Shown here one piece after another: positions 16,411 to 30,849 of a DNA stretch of 64,000 nucleotides; position 1 is the stretch's first letter; every line of letters starts with the position of its first letter. Origin of the DNA: Eledone cirrhosa (lineage: Eukaryota); contig OZ024759.1 of the NCBI GenBank assembly GCA_964016885.1, positions 21,762,001 through 21,826,000 on the forward strand. Reading direction: 5' to 3'. The notes beneath the pieces were generated by a model. The model ran no database searches, was not told the DNA's origin, and saw only the letters and a program-made list of their open reading frames with translations. The position numbers and the translations under genes were made by a program.

Positions 16411-16500
16411 AGTGTGTGTGTTTGTGAGTGTGTGTGTGTATGTGTGTTTGTGAATGTGAGTGCGCGCGCGCGCGCGCGCGTGTTGTGTGTATGTGTGAGT
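15812..16500. repeat. TG-rich compound repeat with ~180 bp higher-order duplication
   Basis: GTTGGATGAGTCTGTGTGTGCGTGTATGTG..ACATCCATGT repeated. Confidence 0.9.
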
Positions 16501-16630
16501 GCGTTAAATGTTGTCGTGATATCGATTTTGAAAGTCAATCAATCAAATAAACCTTTCCTTTTCTCTTCATGTGGTTGTTGTCATTTTGGCAAGAACATCA
16601 CTTTTATATCATTATTAAACCTTCTAGTGA

Positions 16631-16845
16631 AGGTGGTGGGTTGGTAGTAATCGGTAGAGCGACGGACAAAAGGCTTTGTAGAATTTAGTTACGACCCTTT
16701 ACGTTCTGAGTTCAAATCTCGCTGTGCTTAGCTTTGCCTTTCATCATTACGGCATCAATAAAATAAAGTACCAGTAATGCACTGGGGTAGATTTAATCAA
16801 CCTTACTCTTCATATTTCTGGCCTGTGCTAAGGTAGAAACAATTA
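16631..16845 (+). mobile_element. Main tRNA SINE
   Basis: A box TGGTAGTAATCGG, B box GAGTTCAAATC. Confidence 0.85.
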
Positions 16846-16846
16846 T

Positions 16847-16880
<34 letters not shown>

Positions 16881-17149
16881 ACCAAGATAGAGAGAGATGG
16901 AAGGTAGACAGACAAAGCACTTAAAAACATTTTAAAATATTCCCCCGTTCTCATTTTTTTGTCATACATTTGTGTTCCATGATTTCTAAATGGAATTTTA
17001 GAACTTATTTGACAGAGCGTGGCGTTCATATGACAGGCTGACCAAATGTCTATACAATTACTATAGTATATCTTATCACCAGTGAAAACAAATATACACA
17101 AGTTTCTTATCCTCAACATATTCTCCTAGCAATGATACAACTTCTCTTT

Positions 17150-17580
17150 TTCTTCTTCTTCTTCTTCTTCTTCTTCTTCTTCTTCTTCTTCTTCTTCTTC
17201 TTCTTCTTCGCCCACGTATTCCTGAGAGGGCCGTGGGGAGAGAGTCCTCAAACACTCCCTCCAGCGGGTCCTATCTCCAACTGATCCGATTGGATTCTCA
17301 AGCAAGACCAGCCAAACCCATGGATGTTATTCGAACATCTTGCTCTGGCTCTACCCTTGGGTCTCCTGTCGGTTGGTTTTGTTCGTAAGATCTGTCCAGT
17401 GATTCTTTCCTTAGATATTCTAACCACATGCCCATAGCATCGGAGCTGTGATCTCTCAATTCGTAGAAGTAGTGGTTCTACCTGGAATGACACTCTGATC
17501 TCCGAGTTACGCGCTCTATCGAGTAACGTTACTCCAAAGACCCCTTCGGAGGAATTCCATTTCGGCTGCCTGTATTCGCG
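17150..17580 (-). mobile_element. RTE-clade (Expander/Rex3-like) LINE 3' end with (GAA)n tail
   Basis: VEPLLLRIERSQLRCYGHVVRI...RRPKGRARARC. Confidence 0.85.
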
Positions 17581-17689
17581 ATCGAAAAATCTAAATTATT
17601 AAATCAATAAATTGTAAACAAAATAAGTATAACTGTATGCAAAGCAAATATATATATATATATACATACATACAGACACACACACACAC

Positions 17690-17726
<37 letters not shown>

Positions 17727-17865
17727 TGCTGGGACCGGGAAGACCACAAATCAAAGAAGTTCTCGATACATGGTAAGATGCGGATTGGGTATATTAATGA
17801 AAGTAGATCTACCCTAGAGGTTACAAGCCAAAACCGCCGAGCTCGCGGTAGATCCTCTACTTTCA

Positions 17866-17908
<43 letters not shown>

Positions 17909-17964
17909 GAAAGGTATAGAAAGTATTGTAGCAAGAAGCCAACAGTATTCCATAATATATATAA

Positions 17965-18089
<125 letters not shown>

Positions 18090-18751
18090 ATTAACATAAG
18101 ACAAGAAAACGAACGAAAACAAAACGAAAAACACTTTTTTTAAGGGGAAACTTTAAAAAAAGTTTGTTAAGTATACAAACGAAGGATACAGAACTATATG
18201 GCCATATGCTGTTGAGATTGACTTGGTCAGTTTCAACCCCTACCAACGATACTGCTGTCCAACCGTGGTCACAGCATCTGACATAAGCCAAAGAAGTAAG
18301 AGACGAAAGACAATTATTAAATTATAGCCATTAAGCCACCAAAAAAAAAATGATACAATTTTGTGTGACGTTAAAGAAATTTTCTGATACCTCATAGAAC
18401 ACGTGAAACATGAGTAAAACAAAGAAAACAAAGGAAAAATAAAAGGAAAAAAGCAAGAAAAAAAAGCAAGAAGAAGAAAGTAAGATATCGTAGTAAAAAA
18501 TGTAAGCCATAACAATAAATGAAGGGAGAAGAGATAAACACGTACGGCACATTAGTAAATAAACTTAGGAAAATTATATATATATATTCTTATAATACTC
18601 TAATTATAATAGCTTGTATTGAATCGCAAGTTATATACATATATTCTTATAATACTGTAATTGTATTAGCTTGTATTGAATCACAAGTTCTTATTTAGAA
18701 GGTACTTTTGTCGTTTCATTTACCAAGAAATATTTATTATTCACAATTTGA

Positions 18752-18970
18752 GGACGGAGGATTGGCAGTATCGGTAGAAGGTCGGACGCCATGCTTTGCA
18801 GCATAGAGTTACGGCCATTTATTATCTGAGTTCAAATCCCGCCGAGGTTAACTTTGCCTTTCATCCTTGCAGGGTCGATAAAATAAAGTACCAGTTACAC
18901 ACTGAGGTCGATTTAATCGACTTTCCCCTCCCCCAAAATGTGCTGGCCTTGTACCTATATAAGAAACCAC
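18752..18970 (+). mobile_element. Main tRNA SINE, long variant
   Basis: A/B boxes and full body. Confidence 0.9.
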
Positions 18971-19414
18971 TATTCACAATTTCATGCTCTGATCATGACT
19001 CATGTAAGCTTGTTACTATTCCTTCAGCTTCAGAGTTAATTAAAAAAACAGCTCAAGTAAATTATATTGATCACTAAGATAAAGAAATATTAATTAGTTT
19101 TGCCATGCCAAATCAATCAATAAAATATATAACACACAGCAGTTCATGTATTATTCTAATGTCATCAACTGAAGATCTAATGACTTTCAGTTATTTGGAA
19201 AATTTATCTTTGCAAATGTCAAATTTATTATCAGAACTTGTCTCCTGTTATTTCTGTTTACACTAAAGTAAGAAACCTTATGAACAGTTTTCCTTCATTC
19301 ACCTATGTTGGTTGTCATTGCATCAAATTCTCTTCATAACTGACATTGTCTTATCTCCATTTTATCTATTTGTAACTGCTCCAATGATTACTGGTTACGG
19401 AACTATCAAGTTAT

Positions 19415-19540
19415 AACCCTACGATCGACCTAATGAAGTAAACCTCTTGTTGAGCCAACGACCACTCTATGCTGAAACAATCCTCGTTATAGGCTACTCT
19501 AGCTCTGAACTAGAGAAACCGAAAACCATATCTCGTCTAT
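19415..19540 (+). mobile_element. Short element with decayed hammerhead-like core (copy at 61550-61675)
   Basis: GAC-CTAATGA-AGTA...TGCT-GAAA-CAATCC-TC-GTT; the other copy has CTCATGA; both abut microsatellites. Confidence 0.5.
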
Positions 19541-19605
19541 CTATCTATCTCTCTCTCTTTCTCTCTCTATCTCTATATATATATGCATATGTGCTTGTAT
19601 GTATG

Positions 19606-19679
<74 letters not shown>

Positions 19680-19994
19680 TTTCGTTTCTGAATTTGTTTC
19701 ACAAGATTCTTTATCTTAAAACGTGTGTTGAAACTGATATTGTTATACTTTGGGAGGGTCATGTTGCCAATAAAAGACACACGCAGTGAAAAAAACTGGT
19801 GCGTGTGTTTCTTATATATATATATATAATATATATATATATATATAATATATATATAAATATATATATATATAAAGGATTAAAGTTTAAGCAAAGAATC
19901 GCTGCTTTCACCCTTATACACGTATTATATTATATTATATCATATTACCCTTATCGAGTTCTCTTCGGATTTTAGTCTTCACATTTATTATTAT

Positions 19995-20062
<68 letters not shown>

Positions 20063-20112
20063 CTGTTTCTACTTTAGGCACAAGGCCAGCAATTACCCAG
20101 TGCATTACTGGT

Positions 20113-20149
<37 letters not shown>

Positions 20150-20511
20150 CGGCGATGAATTAGTTTTGCGAGGTTTTTGATTGATATATATGCGTGTGTG
20201 CGTGTATAAATATATACATACATGTGCACACCACACATACAGACGTTATAGATTCAACGTCCTACTTACACATATCCGAAACAAATAAATTTTAGATTTA
20301 ACAAACTTTTCGCCTATAACTGTATTGAGCGATTGAATGTTATTGACACGTAATAAAAGAAGAAATCTTAGAACTATGAAAAAGTGTACTGTTGTAGTAG
20401 ATTGAACCTATGACCTGGTTTTAAATATCCCCAGGCCCTCATCTAGTGCACCATACTGCTGTGTAACAATATAGCCTCTTGTTCATTCTCGGTTTCGGGT
20501 TCAACCATACT

Positions 20512-20631
<120 letters not shown>

Positions 20632-20637
20632 ATACAC

Positions 20638-20687
<50 letters not shown>

Positions 20688-20698
20688 GCATATATATA

Positions 20699-20748
<50 letters not shown>

Positions 20749-20838
20749 CGTATATATTTAAACATATATATATATACATATATATATGTATGTATATGTG
20801 TATATATTTGTGTATATATATAAATATTATATATACGT

Positions 20839-20891
<53 letters not shown>

Positions 20892-20968
20892 CAAAAGGGA
20901 TATTCAATTTGTTGGTAATTCAACAAATATAAATGTGTATAACTGATTCAGAGCACTCGACAAGTTTT

Positions 20969-21062
20969 CAATGATATTAAATAAATGGAAACTATATTTA
21001 TAAAACCATATTTATATAGAATAAATATGGTTTTATAAATATAGTTTCCATTTATTTAACAT

Positions 21063-21067
<5 letters not shown>
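20969..21067. repeat. Fold-back hairpin, 47 bp arms (1 mismatch), 5 nt loop
   Basis: Arms read directly; formed from the 3' end of the 21123-21340 element family. Confidence 0.95.
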
Positions 21068-21125
<58 letters not shown>

Positions 21126-21238
21126 AAAGTTCTATTTAAAATTGTTGGGATACAACAAGTAAATATTTGTATAACTGATATAAAGCACTCGACTAAAAGG
21201 GTACGTCAAAGCTTATTTGTAAAACTGTTATATATTGT

Positions 21239-21301
21239 ATTTTGTCTGATGAAGGCATACCATAATTTAATTTGGTATCCCTGAAATATGTATAATGAAA
21301 T
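21239..21301 (+). ncRNA. Type I hammerhead ribozyme in ~220 bp (TA)n-embedded element (21123-21340)
   Basis: Stem I ATTTTGT/ATGAAAT; CTGATGA; stem II AGGCATACCA/TGGTATCCCT (1 mismatch); GAAA-TATGTA-TA. Confidence 0.8.
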
Positions 21302-21341
21302 AAATATGGTTTTATAAATATAGTTTCCATTTATTAATATC

Positions 21342-21381
<40 letters not shown>

Positions 21382-21389
21382 TTGTATAG

Positions 21390-21422
<33 letters not shown>

Positions 21423-21430
21423 TTGTATAG

Positions 21431-21465
<35 letters not shown>

Positions 21466-21695
21466 GTGTGTGTTATTAGAACCCATGGCGGTGGAATATT
21501 GAGAAGGCGTACATATATGAAAGTGAATAATATTACAACAACAACAACAACAACAACAACAATAACAACAGTAACAACAATGAGGTATAAATGCCAGACA
21601 CATTACAACAACAACAACAACAACAACAACAACAGTAACAACAATGAGGTATAAATGCCAGATATATTACCAGAACAACAAGAAGAAGAATATTT

Positions 21696-22579
21696 TCAAT
21701 AATTTTCCAACATTGAATATATCAAATGACTGCTACACTGGTCTGTTGTTGTTGTTGTTGTTGCTGTTGTTGTTGGTGGTGGTGGTGGTGGCGATGGTGG
21801 TGCTAGTGGTGGTGGCGAAGGTGGTGGTGGTAATGATGGTGGTGAGCCTGTTGTTGTTGTAAGTGACGGTGGTGCTGTTAGTAGTGATGGTGGTGGCGAT
21901 GGTGGTGGTGGTGGTGGTGGTGGTGGTGGTGGTGGTGGTAGGTGTGGTGGTGGTAATGATGGTGATGGTGGTGAGCCTGTTGTTGTTGTAAGTAATGGTG
22001 GTGGTGCTGGTCGAGGTGGTTGCGAAGGAAGTGGTGGTGGTGGTGGTGATGGTGGTGAGCCTGTTGTTGTTGTAAGTGATGGTGGTGTTGTTAGTAGTGA
22101 TGGTGGTGGTGCTGGTCGTGGTGGTGGCGGAGGTGCTGGTGATGGTGGTGAGCCTGTTGTTTTTCTAAGTGATGGTGGTGATAGTGGTGCTAGTGGTGGT
22201 GGTGGTGGAGGTGGGGATGGGGTTGAAGGTAGTGGTGGCGTGTTAATGATGGTGGTGGAAGTGGTGGTGGTTATCCTGTTGTTGTTGTGAGTGATGGTGG
22301 TGATGGTGGTAATGATGATGGTGGAGGAGGTGACGGTAGTGGTGGTAGTTGTGGTGGTGGTGGTGGTGATCCTGTTCTTGTCTTTGATGATGGTGCTGCT
22401 GTTTTGCAGTTATTGTGGTTATGGTGGTGTTGGTGGTGGGGTGGGTGTGTATGCTCCTGTTGTTGTTGTTGTGGTGGTGGTGGTGGTGGTGGCGGTGGTG
22501 TCAGTGATCCTGTTATAGGTGGGGGTAGTGTTGTTGTTGTTGATGTTGTTTTTCTGGAAGATTTCATTACAACTCCCAT
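21696..22579 (-). repeat. (CCA)n-based compound repeat with recurring SLTTTTGSPP unit; possible Pro-rich decayed exon
   Basis: Unit TCACTTACAACAACAACAGGCTCACCACCA at least 5 times; Pro frame open ~180 codons below 22238, broken above by a frameshift and a TAA. Confidence 0.7.
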
Positions 22580-22632
22580 CTCAACATTTCATTATTCCGC
22601 ACTCCTCCTCCCCTTCCTTCTTCCACTCTTCT

Positions 22633-22812
22633 ACTTCTTCTTCTTATTCTTCTTCTTCTTCTTCTTCTTCTTCTTCTTCTTCTTCTTCTTCTTCTTCTCT
22701 TTCTTCTTCTTCTTCTTCTTCTTCTTCTTCTTCTTCTTCTTCTTCTTCTTCTTCTTCTTCTTCTTCTTCTTCTTCTTCTTCTTCATCATCATCATCATCA
22801 TCATCATCATCT
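22633..22812. repeat. (TTC)n-(ATC)n trinucleotide tract
   Basis: Direct reading. Confidence 0.98.
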
Positions 22813-23311
22813 ATTTTTATCTTCTCCTTCCTCTTCTACTGCTACTACTACCCCCCCCCCCCCCCTTCTCTCTCCCTCCCTCCCTCCCCCACAGTTAGAA
22901 AAGGTAAAACCGCTCAGTTTTCTTCCATAGTCTGAACAGAAATCCATCTGAAGAATATCTTTTGGTAGTTTTATTTAAAGGTGTTGTGGAGGCGTAGGGT
23001 GGGGTATGGCAGGGCGGGTGGGGTGTAACGTGGTGGGGCAATGTGTTGTAGGGTGGGGTGTGGAGGAGTGCTGTGGAAGAGCGGGGAGGATGAGTGTTGT
23101 GTGGTGGGGCGTGTTGTGGTGGACCATTGTGTGGTAGGGCGGGGTGTATCTTGGGGCGATGTGTGGTTGGGTAGGGCGGAGTGTTGTGTCGTAGGGCGCG
23201 GCAGGTGGGGTGAGGTTGTATTCTTTAAAAAATATATATATATTTATGTTATCGATTTCAAACTTGAAGTAACATAGTGCTACTAATAATATGTTTTGTC
23301 TGGTTTGGTTT

Positions 23312-23812
23312 TATCGATCGCTTCTACCTCTCAAACTGATCGGTTCTACCTCTGATATCGATCACTTCTTCCTCTCACACTTCTACCTCTAGTTCTAGTG
23401 ATCCCTTCTACTTCTACCTCTCATATCGATCTAGCGGTCACTTCTACCCCCACCAATATCACCCACATACCACTTTTACCTCTCGTATCGAGCACTTTCA
23501 CCTTCTATATCGATCTATAGATCAATCTACCCCCACCAATATCACCCACATACCACTTTTACCTCCTATATCGATCTATCGATCCCTTCTACCGCCACCA
23601 ACAGCACCCACATACTTACCACTTTTATCTCTCCTATCGATCATTTTTACCTCCTATATCGATCTACCAATCACTTCTACCCCACCAACACCACCCACAT
23701 GCCACTTTTACCTCCTATATCGATCTATCGATCGCTTCTAGCCTCACCAACACCACCTACGCACTTACCACTTTTACCTCTCCTATCGATCACTTTTACC
23801 TCCTATATCGAC
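23312..23812. repeat. Degenerate ~60-85 bp minisatellite rich in ATCGAT
   Basis: CACTTTTACCTCCTATATCGATCTATCGATC...CACCACCCACATAC units. Confidence 0.9.
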
Positions 23813-23969
23813 CAGTCCAGAGCCACCACATTAATCAGTACCTAGCAACGATCTTTAGAATGAAATAAATTTGTAAATCTAATTCTCTCGATAATTCCAA
23901 TTCCATAGAAATAAATTACATTTCACATTTATCTTCATTCGGTCTGTCTGATACTCCTTTATAACTCTT

Positions 23970-24172
23970 GTACTGGCTTCAGACTGCGGCCATGCTGGGG
24001 CACTGCCTTGTTTTACTGGTTCCAGCCATTAGACTGTGGCCATACTGGGGCACTACCACCTCTTACTGGTTCCAGCCATTAGACTGTGGCCATACTGGGG
24101 CACTACCACCTCTTACTGGTTCCAGCCATTAGACTGTGGCCATACTGGGGTACCACCACCTATTACTGGTTC
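23970..24172. repeat. ~50 bp tandem repeat, 4 copies, probably from a SINE end
   Basis: TTACTGGTTCCAGCCATTAGACTGTGGCCATACTGGGGCACTACCACCTC units. Confidence 0.9.
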
Positions 24173-25439
24173 TAGTAATTAAACTTCAGTCTAGTAAAAG
24201 GAGGTGTTGTTGTTGTTGGTGGTGGTGGTGTTATTGTTGTTATTATTGGTGTTGTTGGTATAGTTGTCGTTATTGTCACCCTTGTCGTTGTCGTTGTTGT
24301 TATTGTTGGTGGTGGTAGTGTTGTTGTTGGTGGTGGTGGTGATAGTGTTGTTGTTGTTGATGGTGATAGTGTTGTTCTTGTCACCCTTGTTGTTGTCGTC
24401 GTCGTCAAACAGTAATAATATAAGTGACGATCAAAACCAATATTCCGAAATAAACAATCAAACAAATAAATAAATAGATAAACAAATAAATACAATACAA
24501 ATTTAAACAAAAACAAAGAACAACAAAGGAACGCCTCATTTACAAAGAGTGAAATATTTTTTTTTAAATTCCTTTATTTTATATATTTTTCTTTACAATC
24601 CTTGTTTTATATCGTATTTGAAATAGTTCATAGTTTCCCCTTTTTTCTCTCTGTTAATTGAAATAATTCATCAAATCCACAATTGAACGTAAAAAGGAAA
24701 GGAAAACGACCGATCAGGCATAAATCGATACGTTCTGTTCGACCTTTTCTGTATTATTATTATTATTATTATCGTTATTATTATTATTATCATTATTTTT
24801 ATTTCATTATTCAGACGTCAGATCTTCAATGTCAGATGAGTAAATAGCATTAGATATTTGAAATATTTGCAACACATCTCATGAAACGATAAAAAAATAG
24901 AACATATAAACCGCTGAAAAAATTACTTATAAAGAATTACAATTTACAATTTTGGTTTGATTAATGTATTTTGGTTTATTAGAAACCAAATTATCAAAAA
25001 AAAATAAAGAACTACACAATCTCCGCCACTTTGGTATTGGCATCATTCGAAAGTAGATAGCAGAACACAGTTTTGTCAATCAGAAAAAAAAAAATAAATA
25101 AATAAAAATAATAAAATAATAATAAATAAAAATAAAAATAAAAATAATTAAAATAAAAAAAACCTGCGCTTCCATTTTTTACATTTTCGTCCATGTTATG
25201 GTGAGGAAAGATTGAAAATTAAAAAAAAACTTTTTAATTAAAATTAAACTGAAATATTATTCAAAAGTGAGATAACAAGAAAAAATGTTGTCCTGATAAA
25301 TGTTTGAGATATTGTTTCATAGATATCCTGGCTGATGCTGGAAAGTGAAAAACATTTGGTATTTTTGTTGGTTAGAATCTCCAAGGGCCAGTTACCAGGT
25401 TTGCCAATGAATCTTTTGGCATACATTTATTTGCTACCA

Positions 25440-25607
25440 GCAGGAGACCCAGGTGGGGGTAGACCCCGAGCAAGATGGTTGGATGATTCATGAGCTCAGC
25501 TGGTCACGTTTGGAGATCCAGCCGGGTGAATTGGAAAAGGTTGCTTCTGACAGGACCCGTTGGAAGGAGTGTGTGAGAACTGCCTACACGACCCTCCCAG
25601 GAAGAAG
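25440..25607 (+). mobile_element. RTE LINE 3' end
   Basis: GRPRARW...IHELSWSRLEIQPGELEKVASDRTRWKECVR, ending GAAGAAG. Confidence 0.8.
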
Positions 25608-25989
25608 TTTTTTTTGTTATGGCAGTCACGGCGGGGGCAAGATCAATCCATCGTCACATACAACAGCAAACAGTACGATGGTTCGGACACGTCCCGAGAA
25701 TACCAACCAGCCAGTCAACCTACCAACCAACCAATTGTGTACAACACAACGATGTCTGACCACAAACACCAAAGGTTGACCGAGGAGTACGGTTGGTTCC
25801 GACACGCTACCCCAGCAACCAACCAACCAACCAACCAACCCACCAACCAGCAAATCATGGCTGACGTTTTCATGTGGTCAAGAAAACCACATCGTCACAT
25901 GATATCACGCCAGCTGACTGCAAAATGGTGGCCCTTTCCTACTGCGACAAATCCAAAGTACAGGCAAATAGATAATAATATAATAATAA

Positions 25990-26190
25990 TAGTTTCTAAT
26001 TTAGGCACAAGGCCAACAATTTGGAATAGGGGGTGGAATGATCGATTATATCGACCCCAGTATTTAACTTGTACTTTATTTTATCGTCCTTGTAAGGATG
26101 AAAGGCAAAGTTGACCTCGGTGGGATTTGAACTCAGAATGTAATAAACCGTAACTCCGACGCTCTAACGATTCTGCCAATTCACCGCCCT
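25990..26190 (-). mobile_element. Main tRNA SINE
   Basis: Family motifs. Confidence 0.9.
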
Positions 26191-26352
26191 TAACAATAAA
26201 TGCACAATCTCGTTTTCTTTCTTTGAAATGAAACAATGAAAAAAAAACGGTTCTTATATCATGTGATCTGTGATGAACATATTTTCACACATTTTATTTC
26301 AAACTTACTCCTGTTAACAATTCAATGCCAATGTGAATTTCATTGTCCTTAC

Positions 26353-26876
26353 CCTTCCTTTATCACACAGAGCCTAATATAAACAAGACCTTTTACTATG
26401 TAATACAACTACTGGATTATTTATCTGATTTTCAAAAATCCGGAAAATCCAGAAAACCGAATATTTTTGGAAACCAGAATCTGGCGCTTTTTTTCATTTT
26501 TTTTCCCCGTGACGCAGTCTTCGCACCCGCACGCCGCCATTATTTGAAGAATTTTTAATAGATTATTAAAGTTCAAACAAACCCTCTATTGATTTTTTTC
26601 TGTAAAAAACAATTTCCTTCTTTTCAATTTATTATTTATTATTTATTATTTATTTTAACTATATATTTTAACCTGTATCCAAAAATATGGCAAATCCAGG
26701 AATCCGAACCATCATCGGTCCCAAGTTTACCGAGTAAAAGGTTCGGTAGCTGTACTCTAATAGAAATAAATGATTTGTTACATACATCTATTTCTTCATC
26801 AAACAGAGAATAGTTTGTCTCATAATCACGGTAGCTTCCTCTTGGATTCATCATTTTATCACAAATTTATCGTTAA
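26353..26876 (-). other. Two candidate exons: 26786-26876 (MMNPRGSYRDYETNYSLFDEEID) and 21 nt microexon 26353-26373 (ALCDKGR)
   Basis: TTTCAG/GTATGT and ATTAG/GTAAGG sites; phases match (0). Confidence 0.35.
26404..26754. mobile_element. Decayed pogo/Tigger-type MITE
   Basis: Termini TACAACTAC / GTAGCTGTA, internal AAAATCCGG/AAATCCAG subrepeats. Confidence 0.5.
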
Positions 26877-28309
26877 CTGAAATAGCATTTTACCTCTTTG
26901 TTAACTCGCACGCACGCAGAAGCTCACATATACGCACACACACACATATACATATACATCATACACACATACATGATCAAATGCACACACATATACCCCC
27001 CCCCCACACACACACACAGAGTTATAGAGTTACTCCACACTTCTGTTAACAATGGACTGAAAACATTTAGTTTTTCAACCATATTAAAATCCTTTGGAAA
27101 TTTATTTCATGTATAATGGAAATGAAAAATTGTAACCGTGCCTGATAACAGTGCTCCAGCATAGTCGTAGCTGGAACCATTAATGTAGCATAAAAGATAA
27201 GAGACAATAACAACAACAACAAGCAACAATCAAACAAAATAACATTGTGGTTCATTCTCTTGTCATTTGGTCATGTGACATGATGTCTGCTCTTCTGGTC
27301 ACGTGATAAAAGTATGTCTATCGTACAGCCACGCTTCACTTAACGACTTCATTCTGTCCTAAGTAAAACGAATTGGTTGGTAAACGGGCTTTCTCCTCAC
27401 TGAACGTATAAATTCCGGTTCAACGACATAGTCGTAAAATATCTTTTGATATATTTTGTATGTCCCCTCTCCCACCAATCAGGACCAGCAATAGATTTCA
27501 TGAGAGCGTGAAAAGTTACCACGCGTCAGTTTTATATTAAACGATATCGAATTTAAGTTAGGACTAGCTGTATGTATCTTAAAACAAACGGCGGTTACCT
27601 TACTTATGCCTCATTACTATTACTGTTCGTTTTAGATGTTTTTGAAAATATAACAGTTTGATCTAAACCTACTCACACATCCCACCCCCCGCCATCCGAA
27701 TCCCGCCACTATATAATCTTATCGTTAAAAATCAATAACAGTGCCTCACGTGACCACATGAAAACAGCAGACGATATAACGCCATGTAGGAAAACAAATA
27801 GAAAAAAATATAATAAAATAACATTAGATAAAATAAAATAAAAATTGTGATGTCACTAAAATGGGAGTAGGTAATGCAGGTGGGGTTAATTACCTATTTA
27901 GGGACGTAATTTCATTATATTTATTTTCTCTTTGAAATAGAAACAAACTCTAAAATCCAAATTATTTGGCAATGCATATATATAAACAACACAGAGAACA
28001 CACTGAGGTGGTGCATCTGTGATTGAAAGGAATTTATTAAAAATCATATAGAAAATCAAACGTTCAATGTATTATTTTATTTGAAATAATTGGCAGTGCT
28101 GACATATATCCAAACACTACTAAACAACGCTCACATGTACATAATAAGCAGTTTATTGTCTGGCACATAAATTGAATTAACTTGATCAATCCACTTCATT
28201 TCTTTTCTTCATTGGATATTGCATATTATGTTTTAGTTTTATTATGCCGCATACGTTGTAAATATTTTGAGGAATGCATGCATAGATACTTACATACGTA
28301 TGTATATAT

Positions 28310-28371
<62 letters not shown>

Positions 28372-28998
28372 ATATATATACATATATATATTTACATACA
28401 CACACACATATATATACATACACACACACAGACATATATATATATATACATACGCATATAAAGGTTAGTACAAACATTGTAACATACGTACGTATATATA
28501 TATATATATATTCATACACAAACAAGCATACATACATACATGATAACAAATTTACATACTTACAGAGATATATACGTCCACATACATACATAGTAATATT
28601 CGAACGTACGTATATGCTTACATGCATACATACAATGAAATGTACATACAACATGTACATACGAGATACATACGCACATACAACGATATAGACATACGTA
28701 CATACACACATATCGATTTGTAGTACATTCCATTAATTCTCCAATTGAGTTTCCCGGAACAAACATGTATACGCAATTATATGTGTGCATACACACACAT
28801 GTGTATTAAAGAGATATATACAGCCATTAAATGAATACAATGGTGCCCATACGTGTAGCTATATACATACACGCACATATCATTCACATACTCACACATA
28901 AGATTACACACACTTACATATTCACACGTTAGTGTACATATATGCACATACATATACACTCATATACTCACACATATGATTATATATATATATATATG

Positions 28999-29078
<80 letters not shown>

Positions 29079-29112
29079 CACGTTTCAGTATACATTTACT
29101 CATACATATGAT

Positions 29113-29170
<58 letters not shown>

Positions 29171-29464
29171 CACAGGCACAGACACTCACAATCCTCCGGA
29201 ACTGTCTTCACTCAAACCAGATAAAAAATGAACGCCTCGCCACTTCGTTAGAGACTGGCTTGAAGCCTGCGAAGAATTTAGATTAATTTCACAGAAATAT
29301 ATACACACATACGTACACAGAGACGTATATGTATACATACACATATGTATGTTTGTATATATATATATTTATATATGTATGTATGTGCGTGTGTGCATGT
29401 ATGCGTATATACACACACATAACCTGTAGATATAGATATAGATAGAAAGACAGATGTATGTGAT

Positions 29465-29514
<50 letters not shown>

Positions 29515-29764
29515 GTATCAATTACACAATGGTGTACGTGATAGATGTGATATATTATCATAAAATCTAGACTGAGGCACGTTTCATAAGTCTACCTAAT
29601 ACGTAACACAATTAAACATGCTCTGTTCTTCGTGAATCTTCCTTTCAACGTTTACAAACTTTCCATCACATTTTCTTTGTTCAACATTTCCACACAAACG
29701 ACGTTTTTTTGTTTTTTTTTTAAATTATTTTTAACAACCTTGAGAGCATCTACATTTAGTAACA

Positions 29765-30020
29765 ATGGTTTCTGAATTAGGCACAATGCCAACAATTTTG
29801 GTGGAGGGGAAAGTCGATTAAATCGACCCCAGTGCATTACTGGTACTTTATTTTATCGACCACGTAAGGATGAAAGGCAAAACTAAGCTCGGTGGGATAA
29901 TAATGGTTTCTGATTTAGGCATAAGGCCAACAACCTCAGCGGGATTTGAACTCAGAACGTAAAGGGCCGTAACTCTATTCTTCAAAGCATGGTGTACGGC
30001 GCTCTACCGATACTGCTAAA
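29765..30020 (-). mobile_element. Main tRNA SINE with internal duplication of its 3' end
   Basis: Family motifs; AATGGTTTCTGA.TTAGGCA occurs twice. Confidence 0.85.
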
Positions 30021-30093
30021 GTAATAATACATTTTTTGTTGGACGGTGGGGCGATGTTTTCTGAGATCAAACATTTTCGAAGACACGGACTTA

Positions 30094-30194
<101 letters not shown>

Positions 30195-30357
30195 CCACAC
30201 ACAAATAAAAATAAAAAGATCGAAAGTAGAAAAAGTGTTTTGGAATAATATATTTTTCATTCTGTCAAATAAACACAATATGGTAAAGATATTTGAATGT
30301 TTGCTTTTAGTAATAACGAAAAATACCAATGAAAAATAAAACAGCAAATGTACTCAC

Positions 30358-30409
30358 TGAACAAGCTTAATAAGATATTCTTTAGAGCAACAGACGTCAT
30401 AATATACAC
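30358..30409 (-). other. Candidate 52 nt exon
   Basis: Acceptor TTTCCTGCTTCCGCAG, donor GTGAGT; open in two frames. Confidence 0.5.
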
Positions 30410-30849
30410 CTGCGGAAGCAGGAAACATTTTTCTTGTTTATAATGAAGATGGAGTTGCTTTTGACCAATTGATAAATATTATATTATACAAGGCATTGTT
30501 TGACTTAGCGTCCTCCTCAATAATGCTATCCTAATAACGGTAATAAAGACAATATATTCAGTGCATTTTCTTCTCTTTTATTTGAAAACTAGTTTTAGTT
30601 TGTTGGGTTTTCTTTTTTTTCTAATTACTCACGAGAAAATATTTTAGTAGTTATGACAATTTAGTTATAAATCCATTTACTTCAGAACTTTGTGAAATTA
30701 TATATATATATATATACTGTATATAAGTGAATATTTCTTATCGCCATGAAAGGACCTTTGAAAAAGGTCCTTAGCTGGGGAGAGCTACATTTCCTCCTAG
30801 ATAGACCACCAGTCTATCTCGTACTTATTATTCTCGACGATAGCTAAGT

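Noticed and set aside
22287-22935. Plus-strand Gly/Phe/Ser-rich ORFs
   Set aside because: Products of GGT and TTC triplet repeats with no domain signal
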